Origin: Blasia pusilla
Lineage: Eukaryota
Reading direction: 5' to 3'
DNA length: 64,000 bases
Assembly (NCBI GenBank): GCA_050084515.1
Contig: CM114271.1
Location: 23,994,001 to 24,058,000 of the forward strand
Shown one piece after another: positions 26,690 through 37,266 of this stretch (positions are counted from its first letter, which is position 1; each line of letters opens with the position of its first letter). The position numbers were made by a program, and so were the translations under genes. The notes under the pieces were generated by a model that made no database searches, was not told the origin of the DNA, and saw only the letters and a program-made list of their open reading frames with translations.

Positions 26690-27263
26690 ACGTATAGCTT
26701 ACTCCTTGGCGATATTGGTGGCGTGGCATGCATACTCAGTGCAGTAGATTGGTGTCACGTTGTATGGTTTGTGACCGGGTGAGGGCATCATTTAATGCCC
26801 CTACACCAAAATTACACCCCTTGCCTATTATGGGGTTGGGTTACCGTTGGAGTGTGGACTTTGCGGGACCGTTACCATTGACTGTACGACATCATCGATA
26901 TGTGTTGGTGATGGTGGAGCACTTCTCCAAGTGGATTGAGTTGGTGGCATTACCGGACAAGGCAAGTGAGGGAACGGCGTATGCGTTTCTGGATAGAGTG
27001 CTTAGTCATTTTGGTGCACCAGCTGAAGTGCTGACCGACCAGGGTGAGTTTCAGGGTGAGTTTCGTTCGTCCTATAGCTTACTCCTTGGTCAGTATTGGT
27101 GGTGTGGCATGCATACTCAGGTGCAGCAGTTGGTGTCATGTTGTATGGTTTGTGACCGGGTGAGGGTATCATTCAATGCCCCTACACCAAAATTACACCC
27201 CTTGCCTATTATGGGGTTGGGTTACCGTTGGAGTGTGGACTTTGCGGGACCGTTACCGTTGAC
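26690..27263 (+). repeat. Internal duplication of ~190 bp of integrase (26690-26885 repeated at ~27070-27263)
   Basis: YSLLLG...MHTQ...CDRVR.SFNAPTPKLHPLPIMGLGYRWSVDFAGPLPLT occurs twice, ~380 bp apart. Confidence 0.85.
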
Positions 27264-27264
27264 C

Positions 27265-29644
27265 GGAGGTGCGGGAAGAGGAGAGGAAGAGAGGAAGAGA
27301 GGAGAGAGGAGAGAGGAAACTACCTTCAACCAAAATAGATACTTTTTTTTTAAGAGAGTTTCCGTTGGGTTGAAGAGAGGAAAGTTTTTGTGTGAATTTT
27401 TTTGCACTTTTTTGTTCATTTATTAAGCAGTCCCATAGTTTTTTTTTCCTCTTCCATATTTTGGCAACTCCTCTGAGTCCGACAAGTTGCAAATTGCACA
27501 AAATTTAGAAAACTGAAAAATCAGTGGAATCATAAGTGTGGAACCAATCACTTTTTCCATCCAAGGTCTGGAAAAAATCTATCATTTGCCCCGGGCTGAA
27601 TAGAGTTCAAGCTCAAAGTGAAGGTTCAAGAAAAATAAAAGTACAATCTAAAACTTCATTTTGCATCCTCAAAGTGGTTTGTTTAAAATACTTCGCACTT
27701 CTTTGAGGGACAGAATTGGTTGGTGGATTCCTACTCCTACCTCCGACTCTCTTAAAACTACTAGCAACACATAGTATATGTGCTTACAAGGGAAGTACCT
27801 TTTGCCACTTGTCTCTCTTTGGACAAAGTCATCACATGAACATGTGGGAAAGCAAAAGATGTGCACCACATACACCCCTGTGACACTTGAATTTACAGTG
27901 TTGTTCCTAACCCAATACATCCTTCCTATTCCATTGCCACTCAAGACATCTTTCGTGGCGATGATCTCCATTTTTTCCTCCCGAGCTGATGCAATTAGCT
28001 TTGCTCTCTCCACCGTTGGCCTACACATTTTGTTTCTCTTCACCCCATTTCTAGACTCAAACAGAAATAGTGGATTGAGATCATCCACCTTCTCCGGGTA
28101 CATGTTGACATTAATCTTGGGTTGAATACGAAATGCGAAGGTCTTTGTAATGCGAACATGCTCCGAACTTCCCCCGTCTACGAGTGTGAAACCGGCACTT
28201 GTAAGATTGTCCACTTCGTCTTGAGTGCAGTTCGTACCTGCGGCGATGGGCCAAATCGTGGGGGTATTCCTCAGAGCTCCAATGGCAACCGGATAAGACT
28301 TTCGGAAAGCGCAAGATTCATTTGGGCGGAAGAAGTACTTCAATTTATCCTCGGTCCTCGTGAAACGATCAAAGGTTTTGAGTCCCCAAAACCCAGTCAG
28401 TGGTCGTCCAGTCCTTGTACGGTTCTTATTTAGGAAAGTGCCGCATGCTCTCCTAATGCCATCAAATCCTGCCCTGCAGGTGGGTCCATGTCCTGGGTTG
28501 CTCCAAGATATATGCCACCGTTTGAGGTTGCAATCCACCTCCATTACCGTAATCCCATATTGTTGAACCACCCCACCGACCGGATGTTGCGAACTTCCAG
28601 CAACGGAGGGCTTTTGAAATAAAACATTCACTGATTTTGGAGAAGTAACTCCATCACAGATTTGGGACGGGTCTGGGGTCCCCGAATACGTGGGCGGCGT
28701 ACTTTCCTCATCCAAATCAATCACTGGATTAGTTCCTCGATGCTGCCTCTTCACCTGCCTGAAGTCAATATACTTATCTGGTCTCCACGAGTCTCGCTCG
28801 GACTGCTCTACCACCATCTGTATGGGACATCTTGAAACCCGCCCACGAATGTCCCCACCAATGTGTACATCTTGCTCGAGGGGAGTTCCAGCTACGCACC
28901 GGTTGAAGGCTTCCACGTACATTTTTTCATCACCAGATCTCACAGCAGCCCTGACATAGAGCTCGTAGATCGACGGCCCCCTTCCTTTTGTTACGCCTTT
29001 TATGAGGAAGATATGGGATGCTGCACACTGTAGCATTGCTCTTGCCTGGTCTTGTTGGCATGCCTCCACAAGTGAAATTCTTTGGCATGCTTGTGACGAT
29101 CTCTAGGAGGAATGAACACTTTCTGCTCCACTTGTGTTGGGGCAGAGGGCATTTTCATGAATGTTCAATCCCTGCAACGACGACAATGTTAGAAGGGAAC
29201 AAAAATAACTCAGCAGTCAAAGACATAAGCTACCTGTCGGAACCAGACGGGTTGCAAGGCCGAGGCATCCCATGAACAACTCTGCGACCCGTCGGGTCCC
29301 GACGTGTTGCAACCCTAAACCCACCTACTGCAACCCATCGGATTCAGACGGGTTGCAAGGCCGAGGCATCCCTTGAACGACTCTGCGACCCGTCGGTTTC
29401 CGTCGGGTTGCACACTCGGATTTGACCAAAATTCTGGATGCAACCCGTCGGTTTTCGTCGGGTTGCACACTCGGGCAACCCGTCGCATCCGAATGCTTGC
29501 TTGGTTTCTTCGGTTTGAAATCCCCATAGTTCCCACGCTTCTCAACTTGAGCTGCAACTTTACAAACAATTCTCAACGTGAGCTTGACAAGACAAAATAG
29601 TGAACTCACCTTCCGCATGAAGTTTCCCCATTGTCTCATACGTA
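27265..29644 (-). mobile_element. MULE-like DNA transposon, end carrying the transposase C-terminus (catalytic E, SWIM finger); intron 29609-29172
   Basis: VRMRQWGNFMRK / GLNIHENALCPNTSGAESVHSS* ... CSCDDF...YFPCKHIYYVLL (SWIM CxCxnCxH); GT-AG intron; terminus next to the target duplication CCGTTGAC(C). Confidence 0.8.
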
Positions 29645-29647
29645 CAG

Positions 29648-29728
29648 AAGTGGGAAAACTCACAAACGTGGGAAAGCGCAGACCCTTGTTACCACAGTCA
29701 ACGGTGGTCGATCATCGTGCCTCACTGC
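29648..29728 (-). mobile_element. Short Gypsy DNMT piece belonging to Gy-5, separated by the inversion
   Basis: VRHDDRPPLTVV...FPTFVSFPTS continues into YKEAGPGLVWDDQ at 44688. Confidence 0.75.
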
Positions 29729-29729
29729 C

Positions 29730-32700
29730 AGCCAGATCGTGCAGCAATATCTATATATGGAGATTGATGATGTTGCGAGGCGCGCTTCACTTCACCATGT
29801 GGCGCTATCACGCCTCCATTTTCTCGACTTGTTGTGTGCGTCCGCCATTCAGGGTTACCAGAGTTCCCTACCGAGGGACATTTCATTGTTGGGGGCGTAG
29901 GACTTGGAGCAGGTAGGGACCATAGACTTGGTCATTGCTGGTTGGCCGTGTCAGGGCCAATCGAGTGTTGGACGAGATAGCGGGTTAGCTCACACTCGGT
30001 CCAGGTTGTTTTTGGAGATGATGCCGGATCTTGCAACCTTTACATGAGCATCACTCTCGTTCTCCAACATACATTTTGGAAAATGTGCCAATTTTGGGCG
30101 ATTCGAGGTCCCGTGTGGTGACGAGTGCACATCAGGTGCGCGCATGGATCGGCCCAACACATGGATCGGCCCAACAGTGTTGTTAGATGCGGCGAGTGTG
30201 GGTTCATGAGCACATTGCCCGCGTCTTTGGTGGACCAACTTGGTACCACATGAGGTATTGCGGAGGGCTTATGCAAGAGTGGAGCGTCCCTCCAATTTGT
30301 TGGTGGATTCTATATTGGATCCGGGCCGTCGATCACAGGTAGTGAGGCACAATGATTGACCATCGTTGACTGTGGTCAACAAGATTGGCATACCACGAGC
30401 CACCTTTCCCATATTGGTGAGTTTTCCCGCTTCCTATGCATTTAAGGAGGCCGGATTTGGCTTGGTTTGGGATGACCAGGTATAGAGGTTGGTGGAGCCC
30501 AACGCCGATGAGCGAGAGCGAGCAATGGGATTCCCCACAAGAGTGACGGCAATAGCGTCACTATCGGAGGTAGCACGACGTCATGTCTTGGGTCAGGCGA
30601 TGGACCTAAACTACTTGACATGGATTTTCAGCTTAGGAGTAGTTGAGCAACGTTGTTTGAGGATGCGACATATCACAGTTGTTGCGTTGGTGAGCCCCAT
30701 GCCTACCGAGACGGTTGAGGCAGTGGATAGGGTCGAGACTCGAGGAGATTGACACACCAGGAGTGATCGGGAGAGACATCCTTGGACTTCTTGGGATGTT
30801 TTGCATCTCGCTCAATGTACACCAGGAGATGATAGCCACAACATTGAGCGTGGTTCCGGGTATTGCACATGGAGATGAGAGTTATGTTGTTCGAGACAGG
30901 GTTGCACCATAGCAACCACCGGCATCCGTGCCGAAGAGTCCTATTGTAGTCACGATGGAGACTTGGGAGCCAAATATGGGCCCTGAGTTGACAAGAGGAG
31001 AGCAGCGTTGGAAACACCAATTCCTTAGGAGTTATAGAAGCTGTTTTGCATTTAGTATCCATGATTTGGGTACGCTGAAGGGTCCAGGGATCCGCATTGA
31101 GTTGTCGAGTGACACGCCGATCTTCCGACGATCCGAAAGATACAGTGACATGGAGAGGGCTCTCACTCAAAGTAGGAGCTAGGACTTGCTTGGAGCAGGA
31201 CTAGTGGAGATGTCGCATGGAGAGTATGCATCTGCCACTATCATGCCCACCAAGAAGGATGTGCATGGCAACTGGACGGATAGGCGAATGTGTGGAGATT
31301 ACGGACCTATCAATTGGTAGACAAAGTCCAATAGGTATGCCATGCCCACTCCTGAGGAGATCTTTGATACGATTGGGCATGCAAATGTCTTCAGTTCATT
31401 GGATTTGTGAGCCGGATACCATCAATTGCCTATCAGATTGGAGGATAGGCAACAAACGGTATTTTGGGGCATCGATCCTCACGGGAAGGATTTTTTGTAC
31501 CAATGGCGGATCTTACCATTTGGGTTAAAGAACGCCCCGTCTGAATTTCAAAGGGTCATGGATAGGATCTTGGCAGGTCTGCATTTTGCTAGGTGTTATA
31601 TTGATGACATCGTAGTCTCTAGCGCCACGGTTGAGGAGCATGAGCGACATCTAGAGGAGGTGTTTCGACGATTGCAATAACATGGGCTGAAGCTACATCT
31701 AGGCAAGTGCAAATTCTTCTACGACAAGATTGATTATTTGGGTCATACGATATATCTTGGGGGCCTTGGTGTGCAGCAAGCGAAGGTAGAGGCTATTTCA
31801 CGCATTCCACGCCCTACAGATGTGAGTCGAGTTCGTGCATTCATGGGATTGGCAAACTTCTATCGATGGTACGTCAAGGGTTTCAGTTTGATTGCAAAGC
31901 CGGTAACCTTGATGACCAAGGTGGATCAGGAATGGCATTGGGGGGATGAGCAAGAGAGAGCATTTTAGATGCTCAAGGAAGAATTGACGTCCGCACCCAT
32001 ATTGAGGAGACCGATCACGGGACGTCCTTTCCAATTACATACTGATTGGAGCATGTTGGGGCTTGGAGCTATGCTTACTCAACATGATGATGATGGTAGA
32101 GAGTTTGTGGTGGCTTATGCTAGTCGCTCGAATAATGTTGTAGAGGTGAAGTATAGCTCGTATGAGGGTGAGTGCTTGGTTGTAATGTGGGCTGTCGCAC
32201 ATTTCAGATGTTATCTATTCGGCAATCCCTTTACCATCATTACTGATCTTCAGCCACTTAAGTGGTTGATAGAGTCCGACAAGCTTATAGGGAAGCTTGC
32301 GAGATGGGCTCTTTTGTTGCAAGATTATGACTTCCAGGTGGTGCATAGACCTGGGATGCTCAACTAGAATGCAGATGGTTTGAGACGTAATCCATGCTCG
32401 AGTCAGCGAGATGCGACTAGAGCTCGTTGGCATGGTGAGATTGATGAGGAGTTGGTGCCAAGATGGCGTGCGTCAACCTATTTGGGCTTGTTGGCTATGG
32501 AAAGCCAAATTACTGAGACTTCGATGGCGAGGTCTAATGGAGAGTCCTTAGATGCAGAGGCTAGTGAGGAGACAACAGGTGGCCGAGACATTCACGACGA
32601 TGGAGTAGTCTTGGAGTACCTGCGTACTAGCAGCGTCGCGAGCGCAATAGGTGCTAGAGAGCGGGATCGGATCCTACAACAAGCCAAAGAGTTCCGGTGG

Positions 32701-32753
32701 TAGGGCATAAATGTGCTGCGAGTGTGGGAGGATGGTAGAGTGTGTGTAGTGCT
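29730..32753 (+). mobile_element. Gy-1 middle part: DNMT (from motif II), RT, RNase H, start of integrase
   Basis: QYLYMEIDD, IAGWPCQG, ENV, ERERAMGF, LPFGLKNAP, CYIDDI, HTDWS; ends at TGCT (= AGCA TSD of Gy-2). Confidence 0.88.
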
Positions 32754-33333
32754 TGTCGTGCGAATCCACATCGTGATACAACATACATCGCTGACATACC
32801 ATACTCACATACATACATAACATAGACGAGAGCATCCACAAACACAAGTGTACCACAACTGAAATCCGTGAAAGACCTACTGTCATAAAACACGTATAGA
32901 ATCACATACAATCGAGCCAAACCCACTCCACGATGGGAGAATCTAGGTCGAAGCTTGCGGGAAACACCATAGCCAAGAGCTCTACTCACTACCAAGGCTA
33001 ACTCCCAACGCAATAGGCTCAACTCAAAGAACTAATTGTTCTTTGAGTGCACTCCACCTTATATCCTCCAACCTAAGAGCGGGCCCTACTAGAAAAGTCA
33101 CCCTCAACTGAGTAACCCCCAACCCTATGTATGAAATCGCGTCTCTACCTAGACACTGCAGCCCTACATAAGGTATGGCCTCTAGTAGCACACTATACTC
33201 TACGACATAATCCGTATGGTCATAACAGCTGTCGTGCGAATCCACATCGTCATACAACATAAATCGCTAACATACCATACTCACATACATACATAACATA
33301 GACGAGAGCATCCACAAACACAAGTGTACCACA
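32754..33333 (-). repeat. Gy-2 3' terminal repeats X-gc-Y-gt-X (X = 33333-33230 and 32857-32754, 104 bp each; Y = 33227-32860)
   Basis: Two near-identical X copies flank Y; the PPT AGGGGGCG directly precedes the first X; the element ends CACGACA|AGCA. Confidence 0.88.
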
Positions 33334-33409
33334 ACTCGCCCCCCTAACTCGCGGTTAGGTCCCTCTAACTCCCAGGTAGCCCTATACATCTACTACATGC
33401 TATACACCT

Positions 33410-34530
33410 TCTTGGGTGCACGAATCAGAAGGCCGGGTGCTAGGTTGCCCCATCGTTAGTCGCATATCTGTAATCCATATCATGCAAAGATCAAGTCATC
33501 TACCTCTCCTAAGTACATCGAGGATAAACCCACCTTCCAGCAGGAACAACATCCATACGTGGAGTCAAATACATCATGTGCCAACCCCTAGAACACCGAT
33601 CACACACCAACATACGGGCTGCGTTACCAGCAGACCCACACAACATGCACCTCAAGCTAGCACGTATCATGGCTAAGCTTGGGTCAACAGTACCATCCAC
33701 ATTTGGAAGATGACATGGCGCACAATTACGCACATGGTCCTTCCAAACAACTCCATCACAATCCTCCAACATAAGAACTCCATAAGATAACACCTCGCAC
33801 ACTCGTAAAAAGTAGTGCGGTGTGCCATCATATCCAACGTTGTCTGTGCAATCTGCTGCAAATAGACATAGTCCCCCACATGGAACCTATGAATTGATGG
33901 TCGATAACCTCCACCCCGAATGGTTGCATACCGCAACGTATCCCTATGTTGAGCAATGGCAAGATTCTCAAAGGCTGTTGGCATAACTCTCCGAAAGAGC
34001 TCTTCCCGCTGAGAACACACTCTCATCCACATCTCTGGGTCATCAAGGTTCACCACCTCACTAGACTCCCGACAAATTGCTGCTGGCAAGTCTGGATCTC
34101 GGCCGTATAACAGAAAATAAGGTGAGAAGGAAGCCAAGGATGCTTGGCGACTGAACCTATACCCTATGGCTAACCATGGCAACTGAATATCCCAATCTCC
34201 AAGATGCCCCTTCTGTAGGCCATACTTGCGCAATGCCCTCTTCACCATCTGAACCACACGCTCAGCCAAACCATCCGCCTCTGGATGATCTCGAGATGTG
34301 GTCCAATGATCAATCAACGCCTTGTCACACAAGACCTGAAACTCACCCTGAAACTCTGTACCCTGGTCGGTCAGCACTTGAGCTGGTGCACCAAAATGAC
34401 TAAGCACTCTATCAAGAAACGCATACGTCGTTCCCTCACTTGCCTTGTCACGTAATGCCACCAACTCAATCCACTTGGAGAAGTGCACCACCATCACCAA
34501 CACATATCAATGATGTCGTACAGTCAACGG
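33410..34530 (-). mobile_element. Gy-2 integrase C-terminal half, SH3-like tail and PHD finger (inverted relative to its 5' half)
   Basis: Resumes exactly at PLTVRHH..VLVMV; LTDQG...GLAER; CMLCGSAGNAARMLVCDRCSRGWHM...WVYPRC. Confidence 0.9.
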
Positions 34531-36978
34531 GGGGCTGGTATTCTGGCAGGAGAGAGTAAGAGAGGAGAGGAAGAGAGGAAGAGAGGAGAGTCTCTCTTAA
34601 AAAAAAAGGGCCAAATCCGCCTCCTCTCTTCAAAACTTTTTGTTTGCTTTCAAATTCATGAAATATTTAGAAGAGAGTAGGTAGTGGTCCACATTTGGCC
34701 CTAAAAAAACCTCCTTTTTCCTGGGGGCAAAAAGACCACTACAAACATTTTTCCATCACTCTCCATGTGAGCCTAAGTTTCTTAACATTACCTATCTCGG
34801 TCTACAAAAAGCAATGCCCATGGGTATTTTTGTTGGAGGACCACCCGGATGCGCATCGGTACGATGCCAACCTCTCTTTTTGCAGGGATTGTTGCCTGCA
34901 TCATGGCCTCCCCTGAATTGCCCCATAACCAACTTTCTGTTGGTTATGAATGGTGTCTGCTCAAGACCAACTTTGTGAAATGTGAACACATGAGAGGATA
35001 ATTGAACCAAAAGATTGTTAGCATGCGGAGTAAAGAGGAACGATGTCCCTTCATTCAGATCCTAAAGTTGAGAAACCGAGAAGCCGCACCCGTCCCAACC
35101 CGTAAGAAAGCTCACCATAAGAAAGGAAAGATTTTTGAGAAGTGATTTTCTTCCCACCTGCACCCACCAAAATCGGACGGGTTGGGAATCCAAAATGGCA
35201 AAAACAGTAATAGGAATCCTACACATCTTAGACAAGAAAAGAAGCCTACAACCTGGTTTGACGAATGTAGGGAACGAGCCAAAAGTTAAGAAGCCCGCCA
35301 CAATACGTCGTGAAGTTGGTCTCACATGAAAGAGTCCGATCACTCAAGCATCAACTTTGCCGAATCCGCAGCTTGCCGGAAATGGTTAAAAAGTTGCAGT
35401 GGGCAAAAAGAAAAAAGTTGCAACCCGTCGGAATCATACGGGTTGCAAAATTGTAATTTTGAGTAGCTAAAAGAACACAATCCACAAGTCCAAAAAAATA
35501 TTCCAGCAAACTTTTACAAACACCATTATGGGTTGAAAAAATCTCGTCCTTTATTACCTCCGAAGGAACCTCGGAAATGTACATTTGACCTAGTCTATGA
35601 TTTCTTCAGCCTCGTCATCTACAAATTTACTCCTAACTCTCCTCGGTGACGTTACAAAAGGAATGTCCTGGCCGATTGTAGACGGGGATCGAAAATGTTG
35701 GCGCATTCGAGAGCCTTGGCCCCCCCCTAGGTACACCATAACGGTCCCATGTAACCTGATTTGAGTCCCACCGCCTTCCTCGGAAGTATACCTTGTACGC
35801 TCTGCAATGTGACACCCATCCAGTATCAATATGTGCTCCGTCCTTGGTAATACCATGATGGCAATCCCACAGGTAGTAGGAATCCAACACTTCTGAGAGA
35901 AGAAAAGAAGCCTACGCTTGCTTTTACGAGTTGAGGGGAAGGTGCCAAGGGAAGAAGCCCGCCAGACTGCCTCTTAAGTTGGACCAACAGGGAAAGAGTC
36001 CGATCAGGCAACCTGTCGGAATCGACGGAGTTACTGGAAGTGGTAAAAGGTGTTGTCGTCAAAAAGTGAAAAGTTGCAAGCAGGAGAAATCCGACGGGTT
36101 GCAAAATAGAAGTCCGCGGAGTACATAGACGATCACATTCGAAAAGACATAAAAAATGTTCAGCAAACTTTTACAAGCACCACCATCGTTCGAAAAAATC
36201 TTCTCCTTTATATCATCCGAAAAAAGCTCGAATCGTACATTTGATCTATTCTATAAAATCTTTTGCCTCATCATCAAAAAACTCCCTACTCGAAACGCTG
36301 CAGTCAAGCTGGGTCGTTGAGTTCTTTGAACTCACTCGTCATCGTCCAAGAGCTCTTGCAAAATTACTTTCGGCCTTGCCCTCCCGATTTTCGGAATTGT
36401 TGGAAGTGACGATGGAGTCACTACCAATGGTGGGTCTGGAACCAGAGCTCTCGGCTTCGGTGGAGAGTTGTACGCCCCAACGAGCCTTTCGTATTCTGCC
36501 TTTGCCTCCTTGCAAAGGTCAAACAATTCATGCCTTCCCTCGAGGCAGAGAATGTTCCTGCCACTCTGCCAGGCGCCTTTGATACTCGCCCCTGAAAGTC
36601 CCACTAAGTCGAACACCAAGTCACCCGGCCTTGAGCAGAGCTTGATGAGCGTTTGCATCAGGGATGGCGACTTTTCCCTTCCTCCCAGAAGTGGGGTACC
36701 GTCTTGCATGTAAATTCCCGGGGGGGGGAATTGTACAAACTATCTAAGTTGTACCCATCTGAGCATGGATCCACAGGATCCTGGATCTTGAACACCTGAA
36801 AATTGTGCTCGGGCCGAATGAAGCAGTAAACGTAGGAGTGGTCCATCTGTAAAGAAGCACGTTGGTAACAATGTCAGCAACTTGGCATAATGTGCAACAC
36901 GTCACCAAAGAACTCGGCTTGACCCTAGAGAACTTTTTTCAATTACTAACTTTGGATCAACCTGTCAGAGTCCGACAA

Positions 36979-37266
36979 GTTGTTTTATCCCTGACCAACC
37001 CGTCGGAAGGCGACGGGTTGCTGGCCTAGAGCAGCCCATGCTCGGCTGAGAACAACCCGTCGCTTTCCGACGGGTTGCAGCTTTCCGGAAACAGAGGGAA
37101 AAACCAAAAGCAACTGCAACCCGTCGGGTTCCGACGGGTTGCAGGTACACCACGGTTTTCCCTGTGTTTTTGGGAAAGATGCAACCCGTTGCTCTTAGCC
37201 GAGCATGGGCTGCTCTAAGCCAGCAACCCGTCGCCTTCCGACGGGTTGCTCAGGGACAAAAACAAC
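36979..37266. repeat. ~290-bp foldback inverted repeat built from the 25-bp palindromes, inside an intron
   Basis: 36979-37056 pairs with 37188-37266 with few mismatches; the inner arms also pair. Confidence 0.85.

Larger units (their letters stand above)
19346..27264 (+). mobile_element. Gy-2 internal region: leader, gag (20950-21720), two zinc knuckles (~21838-21990), protease (22807-23175), DNMT (~23580-24550), RT, RNase H, integrase N-terminal half
   Basis: CWTCGGDHVRKFC and CDHCGRPGHPRERC; LLDSGA protease; RMCGDYRPIN; HEELGH..CMVC; WSVDF; broken at 27264 by a DNA transposon. Confidence 0.9.

Noticed and set aside
32754-33333. DIRS/Ngaro tyrosine-recombinase element, suggested by the split repeats
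   Set aside because: The element has a protease, an HHCC/DDE integrase and 4-bp TSDs; no tyrosine recombinase motif was seen
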